DNA of 64,000 nt from Eutreptiella sp. 'Long Island Sound 2002'. Its lineage: Eukaryota > Protista > Euglenida. The DNA lies in contig OZ038378.1 in NCBI GenBank assembly GCA_964036045.1, forward strand, positions 163,184,001 through 163,248,000. The letters are read 5' to 3'. The notes under the pieces are model-generated. The model was given only the letters and a program-made list of their open reading frames with translations. It did no database searches and was not told the origin of the DNA. A program made the translations under genes and the position numbers. Positions 24,401 to 37,269 of the stretch are shown piece after piece (within the stretch, counting starts at the first letter, position 1; the number at the start of each line of letters is the position of its first letter).

Positions 24401-27400
24401 AAGTCATTACGGCCCCGTACTCCGAGTAGTCGACCACCGCTCCCCAACACACCACAGTCTATTCATTGATGCCACGCGCCCTGCGAAACCCGCGGCCGTG
24501 TACACCCAGACACTCTGCACTTGGAGAGCGCTGCAATCTCTTCTTCCTCTGCCTGGCGTGCCGACCCCCGGCTAGACACGGCGAAAGCTGATATTTAGGG
24601 GAGGGGTCGTCGCAGTCCATCACGTTGGTCCCCCGGCCGTGGACACACTGGCAAACCAATCGCACTAGACGCAAGGTGGCGGAATCATATCATATGGACA
24701 TCCACATCCGTTTCTTGTCACATGGCCGTTGCTGTGCTTCGATGCGGTTCTGCAGCACGACACCGATGATGAACGATTATCATCCTCCTTCAGCCCCCGA
24801 ACAGGAGACGGTTTTCATCAGGAACATTACACGGACACAATGCGAACAAGCAGAACACAGGGGCACATGTGTCGAATGGTTTTGCAGCGATTCCTCCGAG
24901 CAAACTGGACCATCCTCCGGTCCACGATTTCATTCCGAGATACACTCCGTGAAGTCCAAACTCTGACAGGGAGCATGTATCGGTTTGCGCAGTCGAATGA
25001 ACAGGTGCACAAGTGCATGCCGCAGTCTCCACAGTCACCTGTCCAACATGGCTTATGCCGGCGCCACAAATGGGGGTTAGGGTGCATAATAGCAGGGGTG
25101 AGCTCGAGCTTCTGATGAGCTGCCTTCGCAGTGCTGCCAACCTTGACACGTTAGGCAAGTCAAGGAGCTCAATGAGGAGATGGATCGCTTCATTGCTGAG
25201 GACCCACAGAAACGCTGGCAGCCATGGGGTACCGCCTGCAACATGTTCTGCCTTGGGGGTGTGTGCTACAACGAGCTGACCCTGGTCTGCGGCCACAAGG
25301 CCTGTCAGGAATGCGTCCATCGACTCGTCAAGTTGCAAGAGGAGTTCAATTGCCGAGAGGCGGACGGAGACAACCAATGTATTGCTGTGTTGTGTGGATG
25401 CTGAGGGGAGGGGCTTGACATCAGTGTTCAGGTTGATGGTGCCTGCTCGCCGCTGGTGCCGTCCCGCTGTAGCATCGTGGAGTTCTTTCTGGGGAACCGC
25501 CGCCACCAATCGAAGTCCACTGCGGGTCAACGCTTCGCAAAACAGGCACTCCTAATTTTCAGCAGGAGGGGGCTGGGGAAACAGCCCCGTCCCCTCTTTT
25601 TCCGCCGGAAAAAACAGGCCCCTCCATTTCCCACCCATTTTGGACATTTGCGCTCTGCATGCACGAAGCACGGCATCAAGAGAGTGCAGAGGACACCATG
25701 CATTGCAGGCATGGCCGCAAATAGCTTCCCGCCGCTTACCAGCTGAGAAAATGAGGACGGGGGGCTGTTGCTCTGCAGAAAAAAGGGTGGCGCCTCTTTT
25801 CGCAGAACTGGGGGCCTGTTATTGCATGAGCAATGTAGCGCCTGTGCTGTGCTGTGCTGTGCTGTGCTGTGGAATGTGGAGCCCAACTGTCCATGCGAAA
25901 TGCGGGGGCTTAAGCTTTCACGGAAAATGGGGGCCTTTTTGCTCATCACACAAGTCCAAAATTGCCGAATATGCTGGCATCATTTCTGTCTGTTGGCATT
26001 TGGTGGTCTAGATTGTATACAATGAGATTACGTGTAGCAGCAAAGGGGCCTTGCAGTTAAGTGGGCTTATAGCCTGCTGCTCAGGAAGGAGCCACGGGGA
26101 TCGAATCCCGGCGAGGTCCAGTTTTTTTTTCCACCGCAATGCAGAGAGCAGCAGCCCTAATACGTGCTGCCAGCTTCAGCTGATGCTCCCTGCCCTGACC
26201 TCACTGCCCCTTCCCTCCATTGGTCGGGTGGCGGGGGTCGGAGGGCGGGGGGAAGGGGCTGTTTTTTCGGTGGAAAATCGGGGCCGTGGGCTACGGAAAA
26301 TCGGGGCCGCGGGCTTCGTTTTGTGGATTTTGGTGCCAAGGAAAAAAAAGGCACCTCGATTTTCCATGGAGAATAAGCCCCACCCAATTTCCTGCGAAAC
26401 AGCCAAGGGCAGTATTCACGCGTCGTTACCACAATGCCCCTGCGCCTCAACGTCGCTTTGACAGAACGTTTTCGACAGTGCGCGTTTCACACACCAATTT
26501 GCATCATCCCTCCTTCCCACTCCTTTTTGAAGTTATGTGCCTTTAGGTGGTTGAAACCCTCTAGCCCTTGGTATCTGGCTGTGTAAAACAAGGTGAGTCT
26601 ACCAAAGGTTCCACGTACACCGTCGCTTAGCTCACCTCATGGTTAGGTTGTGACCCCCCAACCCATTTTCCGTGCCCCCCCAGAGAATAAGGTGCCCACA
26701 TTTTTATGTGGGAACAGGCCCCTCCACATTTTCTGTACCCAGGTTTCTGTGGTTTTTTCTGCCAATGCTTCAGCTTGCACAACAACTTGAGACAACATGG
26801 GGTAAATCAGCTCTCGAATGGACCAAACACAGCATGAAACGAGGCAGGACGGGGTTGAGGGGTCTGGAATGGCGCCGGGGGTCCGGGGGGGCATTCCGGG
26901 ACCCACCATCACCATCACCGATCACCATTGGTTTGGGCACCGGCCCCCGGCCCAAGTGGACGTGAACGGCCTAAGCCAACAACAACCGCACCCATCGCTG
27001 TCGGGCGGGGGGTTTGGCATGACCCCCTGAGGGCGGAGGGGGAGGAGGAGGAGGAGGAGGAGGAGGAGGAGGAGGAGGAGGAGGAGGAGGAGGAGGAGGA
27101 GGAGGAGGAGGAGGAGGAGGAGCTGTGACTTGCGGCCACTAGGCCGGGGTATTTGACGCTTTTTGCAGATCACTCTCCACCTGTGAGATGGACTGGTTCG
27201 GGATTATCGTGCACTGGGGGCACGCTGGTGTGTTCAACCAGCCTCCACTTGTTGCAGACATGCACCCTAGATGTCCACGATGCTCCTCAGTGCCGAAGTG
27301 TCCATGGTGCACAAAGTCAGAGCACTCCAAGCCGTCAAGTTGTCCTGTGCCTCCATAGTTTTCAATGAGTAAGGGGAAATTCCCACGTTTCGTGTTTTAC

Positions 27401-28935
27401 GGGCTGTACACCATTTTCTGTGGGTTTCTGTGGATGGTGGTACATATGCTGTCAATCGAAGTAGGTTTACGGATGTGCCCCTCCTCTTACCCAGTTTTTT
27501 GGTATTGTTCTTAGACAATAAAAACACTACACCTTTACCATTGAACAAAAAGCATCACATTCATTCACACTGACACGCTGTGCTGTGCTGCAGGCTTAGA
27601 CATTATGGATGCCATCATGCCAATGATTGTATGCATCCAGTGCTTTCGGCCAACGATGTTAAAGGTCGCTGTTGGCCCCAATGGCGAGGACCAGTACCGC
27701 ACCGATTTCAAGAAAAGCAGCCCCAAGTGTGTGACGCTTCCTGAGGCCCTGGGTTACTCTGCTCTGCTGCGTAGTATGGGTGTTGTTCACCCTATGCGCC
27801 CTCTCCCAGAACCCATGCCGCCACTCCCGCACCCCATGCCTCCTTTCCTGCTCCCCATACCCCTCCCCCTCACACACTGCCCCCAATGGCCCCACTAATC
27901 CCACGGTCCATGCAGTGTATTTTTGGTGATGGCAGCTGTGGGTCTGCGAGGTTGGGGTGCGGGGTCGCATTCCTGGGCAGTTGTTTTGTTGCAGAGGAGG
28001 CACCGCAGAAAGATGCACAGTCTGGTTACTCTTGTGGCATAGGTGCTTTGAGGGCTCCGTAGCATTTTGCACAACCATGTCTTCAATTTGCATCCCTGTT
28101 CACGCTTTAGATCCTTATTTTCAGGGCACATCCCCACCTGCACTGCATATGTATTATTCGGCCATTATGGGACACCCCCCATCCCCACTACCGGGTATTT
28201 TGGGGGCGGCTGGGGTATTTACCCCCCTTTTTGCGGGGTGGAGAATGAAAAGAAGGTTTTTGGAAGGTTTTTGTATTTAGTCCTTTTTTTAGGGGATACT
28301 GCATTTTTCAAAATAGGAAGGGACAATACTCCAGATAGTCCGATTTGATATTTTGTGCGCCCCGGGGTGGCTGCTTTGAAGGAAAACTGTCTATGGAGCT
28401 GTAGCCGTGTCATAGGCCAAGAAGACGGCATTGTGTTCGTATCGCGGCGTTGCAGGGCACTGGCATCAGTGCGGACAGGTGCAGCCAAGTTACATGCAAA
28501 CGCATCCACCATTGCCAAGCATCTGCCTCTCGCCTTCCCCAACCAATCCTCTCTCTGTCCGTCCAGTCGCAGCATCACATTCATATCCCCGGAGAATACC
28601 CCTATCCTATCCTATCATTTCAGGGCGTTCATCTATCGCTTGGAGGTTGCTTATGAATACGAGCGGAACTGGCAATCCTCAGGGCATTCCGACCATCAAC
28701 CGGTTTGGTGCGCAGAAGATGGCAGCCCGGCATCTCGGTACCAAATCCCGCGCGGTGACCCCTGGGTCTGGATTATGGATTGGACCATCGACAAAATGAG
28801 GGCGGTCGATAGCCAGGGGTGGGAGTATGCGTACCACTGGGGAACTGACAAGAAAGAGCGGAAGTGGTCGCCGAGCAGCCACAATTACTCCGGCAGAATA
28901 CTGCAGACGTTGAACCCAATGACAACAGAGCGCAG
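21422..28935 (+). CDS. Multi-exon PH + DysF + RING-like + DysF domain protein (3' exons likely continue near 32.8-33.2 kb)
   Basis: In-frame GT-AG exons 21422-21608 and 21981-22173 (PH: GYMDKKG...KRRYFV...LRYYEEKGAIDV...WELVAESAAERDQWMESL), 22587-22816 and 23982-24141 (DysF: VYENQQY...GWS...WEWSGEW...GWQYAADF...VRRREWKR), 25155-25378 (C-x3-C...CGHKACQEC...C RING-like), 27594-~27726 (less certain) and 28624-28935 (second DysF: AYEYER...WVWIMDWTID...GWEYAYHW). An extra exon between 24141 and 25155 is possible. Confidence 0.8.
26046..26154 (+). mobile_element. tRNA-derived SINE-like repeat, copy 2
   Basis: 75-nt tRNA-like fold 26046-26120 (GGGCCTT/GAGGTCC-type stem, GGATCGAATCCC B-box) with imperfect anticodon and T arms, followed by T9 and the shared tail aatgcagagagcagcag. 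Confidence 0.6.
27041..27123 (+). repeat. (GAG)n trinucleotide microsatellite
   Basis: Direct reading. Confidence 0.95.
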
Positions 28936-29539
28936 GTGCTTCGCCGACCAGTTTGTGCCGTTGTCCAATGGTTCGTCGTGTTGGTCAGCCTCCCCAACAC
29001 CTTTTATCCACCTGCTCTCACTACCCCCCCAGGCCGTATTGGATTGATGGCTGCACCTCTCATTGAGTTTTGTCTGCTATGTGTGGTTCCTGTGTCTTTA
29101 TGGTATCTGTCTGCTTTCCTATTTGAGGTTTACATGGGATGCCACACATTTTGCCACACATGTTTCTTGGGGTGCACTATTCGCATGCTTTGCGGCAGTG
29201 CCATGTGTGCGCTGAGCACATTTTCATCCCTTTTTGCGTCCCAGGGTCCCTACCCCCCATTTCACCAATATCCTTCTATTTCGGCCAGAAATTTTACGGC
29301 GGAAGCGCCGTAAAATGCATGAGCACATGCTGGAGCAAGTGCAGTGAAGATGATAAATAACATTACAGAAAAGAAAAGGTATGCACGAGTGAGTTGCTGT
29401 GTGGGTTTTCTGGAAATAGTGACATCAGGTTTCCTGGAGAAGATAGGGGTTTGGGAACAACTGGTTTTACGGCGGAAGCGCCGTAAAGTTTACTGCAGAA
29501 GCGCTGTAAAAGTTTCACAGACAAAGCTCCAGAAATTGG

Positions 29540-30801
29540 ACCATGGCCACACACAGGCCGTAAAATTGGATGTAAAATGTAGTTCAACAGTTTGCCGTGC
29601 ATAAGCTGTAAAACCAACAAGGACCTGGGCAGAGGAGCGTGTATAGCTGTCACGTATCATGTAAACATGCGTCATGCTGATACGAAGGTGACCCCAAAAG
29701 GTTTGCACACAAGCCCAACGGGATCCAGTTGTCACACTATCTTGGGGGTCGTTTGCAATGGGCTGTGACAGCCAGAAATTTGTCCAAGTGGGGATTCCCC
29801 CAGTCCCACAGCAGCGCCCCACTTTCCGGAATCTCTTGTTTCCAGCGATTATCATGACAATGGGGTTTTGGTGGCACTGCCCGTCACCAGCACCAGCGAA
29901 AATGTCTGGCTGCATCTAAACGGAGTGAAGACGTTAAAACTGCAAACTGCACAAAGCTGCCATAAAAATGGTCACAAAATATTGGGGTGGACCACAAAAG
30001 ATTTCCACACAAGCCCGATGGGATCCAACAGTTGAAACTGTTTGGTTGTCTTTTTTTTTGGTTGAAACAGCCAGCAATTCTTCCAAGTGGGGAGCCCCCC
30101 TGTCGCACTGCAGAGCACCACAATCCATCATGAAACTGGGGTTTTGGTGGCACTGCCTGTCATCAGCACCAATGATAAATGTGACCAGCATGACCTTGGA
30201 TGTCCTTGGGTGTATCCCGAGCCCATGTGCGCTGCAATTGTGTGTGTGCAATCTAGCTGAACCTGGGGGGCTGGCAGCTCTGACTTTTAATTGCACTGCC
30301 CTGCAATCACACATTTTGCTACAACAAGTGCACTTTTTGCAACATTTTTATGGTGTTTATGTGTTTTTATAGTTGTAAAAGGGGTGCTGTACAGCTTGGT
30401 ACGACATTGCAATGATTTCACAAGTGACCCATGGAGATGGAGGTGGTGATCACATTTTCTCGTTAGTACTGGTGACGGGCAGTGCCACAAAAACCCCATT
30501 GTCACGATAATCGCCGGAATCAAGAAATTCAGGAATGTGGTGTACTGCGGTCCCCCTTTGGGGCTCACCACTCTGAAGAATTGCTGGCTGTTACAGCCCG
30601 TTCAAGCCACCCCCAAGACAGTCTAACAGCTGGACCCCGTTGGGCTTGTGTGGAAACCTTTCAGTTCACCCCCACCTCTTACATGATGCATGTTTACATG
30701 ATACCTGACCCCTGCCCAGGTCCTTGTTGGTTTTACGGCTTATGCATGGTACAGTGTTGAACATTGCTTGCGTTTTATGTTACGGCCTGTGTATGTCCAT
30801 G
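29540..30801. mobile_element. Foldback/MITE-like element with ~360-bp imperfect inverted arms (29540-29905 / 30453-30801)
   Basis: cataagctgtaaaaccaacaaggacctgggcag (29600) is the reverse complement of ctgcccaggtccttgttggttttacggcttatg (30712); further matching blocks lie along both arms; no ORF. Confidence 0.7.
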
Positions 30802-31222
30802 CAAGGGATATACACAAGCTGATGGATCTGCTCCTATGCCGCACCTCAAGGGGTGACACATACGTGATGTTTTGACCTTCAAGTTCTCGATGTTCTTGAT
30901 GTTCTTATTGCCTTGTCATGTGGGACGGTGTGTGTGTGTTCTTGGTGGTAACACCGGGACCCTGATGGTCATTTGAACTCAGGTGGCTGCTGCGATGGGC
31001 TGAATCCCGTGTCCATGAGGGGGTGGGTGGAATGGTCAGGGGGTGTCATCCAGAGGTCACGTGATTAGGAGGAGACTCTGTCACATGGAGGGATCGCTGG
31101 CCGACGACCTTGCAAACACACCAGCCCCCAATTGACATACAGGGCCACGTCATGAAGGACAATGACCGGCCTCTTCCATGAGTAGACTGGCAGCCGTCGC
31201 CCATGTGGCTGGGCTGATTCCT

Positions 31223-31276
31223 TCTCCTCCTCCTCCTCCTCCTCCTCCTCCTCCTCCTCCTCCTCCTCCTCCTCCT
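31223..31276 (+). repeat. (CTC)n microsatellite
   Basis: Direct reading. Confidence 0.95.
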
Positions 31277-33081
31277 TCTGTTTGTATGCACGGTTCCCAT
31301 GTGTGTAGAAAAGCATTGGGCCACCGCCTCTTTCCCCCCGGGTCAAGGTTTACCAGCGCTTGTAGTACACTGGCATTCCTTCCCTTCATAAGTGCGTGTC
31401 TCGGCTTTGCAGGAGACGCTGGGTGCGCGTGAGGCTGTGCTCAAGACAGATGCACGAAATGAACACTTTCAAAGTGGGCCGCTTCCGCAAGTCGCCATCA
31501 ATGAATGGTCTATCATTCAGTTCTGTAGGGATGTGCTTATCCATAGCCTCATCCGATGGGTCTACACTTGGCGGCAGTTTTTGCGAGGTACAAACCACAT
31601 CCTTGTGTCATAGTCAGGCTGGCCCTGGCTGTGGGCCATTGTGCTTATCCTCCATTTTGCTGACCCACTGATGGAACTGGTTATGCACACCACGAGTGAT
31701 GCTGAATGGATGTAATTTGGGTGGTGACAGATACGAGATAAGCTTTATGTGGCAGAGATGCGCAGGCATGGGGACGCTCTGCACCTGCACATTGGAAATC
31801 TGCCACGTCAGTTGCTTTTGTGATCGTACATCTCGTCCCGTAGTGTTGCTGCCATCTTGAACCCTGCCTGCACATTTCATGACCACATGTGCTTGCGGAA
31901 GATTGTTTTTCCACTTGTGCTCATAAAAAATGATGCTGAGTGATGTGGACGAATAGGTGATGTGGGGGAGATGTACTGCAGATCTGTGGAGGAGGTGCAA
32001 TGTTGGTGATGCTGACGGCTTCCATTTTGCCTGTACTTGAAGGCGAGGTTGTACCTTGCGAACGATACCGGGCACGGCACCTGCAAAGGAGAATATCACA
32101 TTGACAGTGAGACCGCCTCTAATCGAGTGGGTGGGCCCACCCCATTGCCAGTGATTGCCATCCCCATCTGCCAAAACCAACTGCCCTCCAACCGTTTTCC
32201 GACACCCAGAGTTTGACCCCCTCCCCCGTTCCTGGGACTGGTACTGTGCAAAGGGGCTGGATCAGGCACCCACTCGTGTTTAGAGGACGGAGGGGAGGCG
32301 AGGTATGGTAGCTGGCTGCGTTTGGGGGGTGAGTGTGGTAGTGGGAGGGTCTTACCTTGGGAGCCCTTTTTCAGATCATGGGAGTGCTGTTGGGAGTGAA
32401 GATGCGAGTGCAGGTGGGAGTGAAGGTGCAATGGCAGTGTGGGTGGATGCAACGTGGGAGTGGAGGTGGGAATGCAGGTGGGAGAGGAGGTGGGAGTGTC
32501 GGTGGTCTGTAAAATTGAAGGAGGAGGGCTTGGAAAACAGGCTTGTGGGGTTAGCAGTTCCTTTTCCCGGTTTGAGTGCTCACGTTGCCCACTGGATCTG
32601 GCCTTCGATACAGGAGCCAAAAACTGACAGTGCGCTGTCTGCAACCGGAAAAAGAGGGTGGCCTTGCCAGCCCTCTCCCCCAAAGCGGGATTCATCGATG
32701 GCAGTACCCAATGAACCAGCCTTTCTGAGCGTTTACAGGACGACAGCACAGAAAAATGGCAGAACAATGTGTTCAGCGTAGGAGGCGACTTCAGAAAGAT
32801 ACCCGGAAAGTCCACGCCCGAGTCTCAAATTGTCGGATGTGAATACCAAGCCGCAATTCTCTGCCGACTGTGCACTTGTGGGTACCTCCCTGCTTTAGAG
32901 CGCAGGTCTGACCATAAGTGTGCTGCGCACCAGTGTTCTACCCGAACATTTGCACCGATGAGAAATTCAGCACGTTTGCCGAGGTAGCGATGCATCACAA
33001 GGCAGGAAAGCCCAGGTGTTGCACCGGACCCGAGATGCTGACACCTCAACACAGACCCGCACTACCTTCTTCTTCTTCCAG

Positions 33082-33214
33082 GATACGCAGGATAGTATGC
33101 TGAGGTCGTTGATCAGGACTCAAAATCACGACCGGATGATTCTTGAGCACCAATGCGACGGAGAGTATAATGAGATCCGCAGCAGTTTCAAGAAGGAGTG
33201 CGGGCAGATGGGGG
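33082..33214 (+). CDS. Candidate downstream exon of the PH-DysF gene
   Basis: Strong ttcttcttcttccAG acceptor, one open frame (DTQDSMLRSLIRTQNHDRMILEHQCDGEYNEIRSSFKKECGQMG), GTAACG donor; linkage to the gene not proven. Confidence 0.35.
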
Positions 33215-33835
33215 GTAACGGCTTCCGGGGCTCGGCACAGAGGGTGTCCAGCAGTGGCAGTCTCGACAGGCATACCGATTGCAGTAGCAGCAGTCTGGAA
33301 CAGAACAGCAGTCAGAACCCAGCAGCAGACAGCAGCACTGACAGTGCACCTGCAGTCACTTGCAGTTCCAGACAGACGGTCAAAATCGTGGTTGACAACG
33401 AGTGATGAGTGCAACCAGATGCAGGGGGTCTTCAAGGTGTTCAGCTTGTCTCTTGGTACTTTTTGTACCTTGAGGACTGATTGGGGGAGCGGTTCGCTAG
33501 AGGGCCGTTGCTTATGGTCAATTCATCTTGTTCAATGATGGCAGATGATGCAGCAGCTGGCCAGGAATTTACAGCTTTCGCCCTCAACTAACCTGGGATG
33601 GGATGCCATGGTTTGCCAAACTGCATTGAACCAATTGCAGGTCAATGCATGCAGGATGTTACAGTGCCATGTACTGTGTTGGCACCAAACACTTTCTGTA
33701 CATGGGGTGGAGTGCTGCAGATGATTATCACAACTCCCAAAAGACAGACTGTCTCCTGTCTATTTTGTGCACAAGATGATAATACAGTGCAGGGCAAAAG
33801 AGGAAGGTGCCTGAATGCAGCGCAACTCAGGTTGC

Positions 33836-34200
33836 ACACCACACCACACCGCACCGCACCACACCACAGCATACCACACCACACCACACCACACCACACC
33901 ACACCACACCACACCACACCACACCACACCACACCACACCACACCACACCACACCACACCACACCACACCACACCACACCACACCACACCACACCACACC
34001 ACACCACACCACACCACACCACACCACACCACACCACACCACACCACACCACACCACACCACAGCACACCACACCACACCACACCACAGCACACCACAGC
34101 ACATCACACCACAGCACAGCACAGCACAGCACAGCACAGCACAGCACAGCACAGCACAGCACAACACAGCACAACACACCACACCACATCACACCACACC
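33836..34200 (+). repeat. (ACACC)n/(ACAGC)n pentanucleotide array followed by CCCACTGCCC-type repeats (to ~34480)
   Basis: Direct reading; it generates the spurious HHTTP / VVWCG ORFs. Confidence 0.95.
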
Positions 34201-35279
34201 GGGGGCAGTGGGCAGTGGACCTCCTTCAATGCACTGCCCCACTGCCCCCAAGCCGTGGCGCAGTCCGTTGCAGGAGTACCACTGCCCACTGCCCCAGGCA
34301 AGGCGGCAGTGTATTGCAGGAGATGCCCGGCCCACTGCCCCAAGGGAGGGAGGCAGAGAGCGGCGGGAGGTGCACTCCCCACTGCCCTCAGGCAATGCGG
34401 CAGTGCGAAGCACGATTTCCACTGCCCACAGCCCCCAGGCTGCCTGGCAGTGCGTTACACTGCCCACTGCCCTCTGCCCACAACAACAGCCAGCAGGGCA
34501 CACACAGTGCAGTGTAGTGCAGAGCACCAAGCAGTGCGGCACCACACAGAAGGCACTGGTGGTGCAGCGCGGCACGCAGGGTGCAGTGGGCAAATGAGAC
34601 CCTGTGTGACTGCGCGCAGGCGTCGGCAAGGCAGTGTCGGCCAAGTGCGAGAGTGCAGTGGTCCGGCTATGCCACAACACACTTACACACAGCGCGCACA
34701 CAACACACACAGCCCAGCCCGTTTACCTGTACCCGTGGGTAGACATCCCGGCCTTTGCCATTTGGTAACAGCGCCTTCGGCACATCACACCACACCGGCT
34801 GTGTGTTCCCCACAGTCCCAGGTGGGACAAGATGTTCACCTCCAGTGGTGAGCGGATGTGTGGCGCTAGGTTGCAAGTGGTGAACCCCATATTCCTTTGG
34901 CTACAGGCGTGGGTACGTGTGTATTTTTACCCGCGAAATTTTTTTTTGTGGGTTTTCATGAGTTCGGAAGTGAAATAGGGGTTTTTGATGGTGCTGAACA
35001 CGATGCCAACATTTTTTCTTCTTGGTTTTGCCTTTTGGCAAGGTTTCTAGACTACGGGTTTTTTGTGCCGTTTTACCCACAAATGTACCCGCGCCGGTAC
35101 ATTTGCGGGTAAGTGGGTAAGTGGGCAATTTACGCAAATGTACCCGCGCGGGTACATTTGCGGGTAGGTGGGTAAATTGTGTAAACTATGTGGGTAAATC
35201 TCGTGAGTTGGCAATCCATGTACCATTCGTAGCCAAAGGAATATCCGTCCTCTTGCTGGCGGACACAAACTCGGCAGCA

Positions 35280-36600
35280 CGACCGCAGGATAGAAGCAAG
35301 CCTTGGGCGGACGATATTGGCTACCGCACCTTCCTCGGGGCTTTCGACCTCTGAGACTTGGTTGACCTGCACCCCGTCCCCCCGGACACCTACTCCCGTT
35401 TCCACCGGTGGACACTTCGGATGAAGACCCCAAACCGCCCGCCACGAGCCCCCTAGGCGATGGGAGCCAGCAACAATCCCGCCTTGCGGCCCTCATCGCC
35501 CACACTGCCCTAGAGGAGGTAAACCCTTGCAGGGCCATGGACGTCGCTGTGTTCGTGGACAGCGAACGCCTGTCCGCTGTGGGGCGCCGCATGCGTGCGG
35601 CGGGCCAAGAGGCCACCCCCATCCCCGGCCCCCACCCCCCCGAGAGTGACGGCCTCTCTCCCCTCTTGGCGCAGTATGCCAAGAGGACACGCGAGCTGCT
35701 CCAGCTCGTCGACTTCACCCTGGGGGTCCCCTCTTTCTCCCTCTCTAGCTTAGCTAGGATCCCTGCCAGATCCCTCCGCCGACACCCACTCCCACTATCG
35801 TCCACGCCCCATACTCGCCCATGAGTTGGAGGAGGCGCCATACGATTGCAATGACGTCAATTTGGGGTCAATCGTGGGCGGGGAACTAGCAATCCCCCCC
35901 GCGGTAGTGCACATCGATATGCGATCTCTGGATCGCACTCAAGTGTGCTGCCGCAAGGGGTGGAGTACAAGGCTGTGGGTAGGGCTGTAAGGGGGTGATT
36001 CTAGGATTTTAGCCCTTTGGCTTTAACCGGGGTAGAAGACGGTGGAAAGCCTTTTGGGGCTGATTGGGGGTTAGGGGCAGGGTAAGCCCTGGGAGGGAAT
36101 GTGCAAGGTGTTCCCGGTGGACAGCCTTGTCACCCTCATGCTGGGATGTGACATGTTGCCCTTCATGAATTTGACATTCATGAAAGGGAAGATCACTCCA
36201 TCCTCCCCTTCCGCTGGCAGATCTCCCAACCAAACTGGTGGGATGATCTTGCCATCACCCCCACCCACCCATGGGTTGCCCCCGAACACCCCCTTCTTGA
36301 CCTCACCACCCCCACCGTGTACACCACCAAATCCCAAGACCGGGCTCGAGGCTTGGCCCTCCCACCCCTTCATCACCACAGCCCCCCCCCCCCCCTTGCC
36401 CCGCACGGTACACACGATGTCCTGTATCAGGGTCTGGAGGGGGGTATGCGGCCCCGTGCCACCACCGTATCCGGGTCACACAAGCAAACGTGCACAAAGC
36501 GGGACACACATGCCTCATGCTGGTGCCTTCGGCATTGATGACGACATCAAGCCCCGGCGTGGCACCCTCGTACTTCGAAGTGTGGCCAAAGGCTAGGGCG
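35280..36600 (+). pseudogene. Probable decayed non-LTR (LINE) endonuclease/RT relic
   Basis: Fragments YRTFLGAFDL*DLVDLHPVPPDTYSRF (APE-endonuclease-like) and K-G-D...F-S-P-L-A-L (RT xxRPIxL-like), broken by stops and frameshifts. Confidence 0.3.
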
Positions 36601-37269
36601 TGTGCCTAAGAACCGAGGGGTGCCCCCCCAAACCAAGTGAATAAACAAAACCCGTTTGTTGCCTCAAATTCTGTGCTGATAACACAAGACACCCCCCCCC
36701 CCCCCTGGTGCCGCCGGTCGTCCCGTCGCGCATGCACATCCCTTTGGGGCATGGGGGCATATGATCAATGGTGCCCCATTCTGTTAAACAAGACTAGGTG
36801 CCGCACAAAGCGCCGCACGACCCGGGGGTTGGTTGTTGCAGAGTGGTCCGGCTAGGGGAGGGGGGGGGCAGACCCCCCCCCCCCCTCCCCCCAAGGTCCA
36901 CCCCAACGGCCGGCGCCTCTGCCCCGCACCCTCCCCAATACCTGTGGGGTGTGGTACTCGGCTTGAAGTTGAACACCGGGGCCTTCCTATTGAGGGACTG
37001 GAGGTGAGACTTGGCCGCCCCGAGCTGATACTGCGCCAGGGCATGCGCGGAGGAGCTGGGGGGCCACCCCTTGTTTTACTTGCCCACTTGTCTTTCTTGA
37101 ACAGGGGATCACATCTATTGTTGTGTACATATTTGTTGAAAATTTATTGTGTTGTTGTTGACACAGCATGCAAGTCTTTAAGTCCCCTTTCAAAAGCTAG
37201 TCATCTAAAGGCCCCAACCAGGACCCATTGGGCGCTAGGAGCAGCTCGGCACTGCCCGACACCAGCTAG

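Noticed and set aside
26046-26120. Functional tRNA gene
   Set aside because: The anticodon and T stems are mismatched and the T-loop reads GATCGAAT; treated as SINE-like.
26915-27173. Poly-Glu/Ser/Leu ORFs (also 31046-31432)
   Set aside because: Trinucleotide microsatellite translations.
1-34000. Euglenid non-conventional introns
   Set aside because: Every intron I could resolve is canonical GT-AG; there is no positive evidence for non-canonical ones.
33598-34851. Long His/Thr/Pro- and Val/Trp/Cys-rich ORFs on both strands (also 9175-9707)
   Set aside because: They are translations of (ACACC)n, (ACAGC)n and (ACATC)n microsatellites.
35047-35841. 264-aa minus-strand ORF
   Set aside because: GC-rich shadow frame of the plus-strand LINE-like relic.
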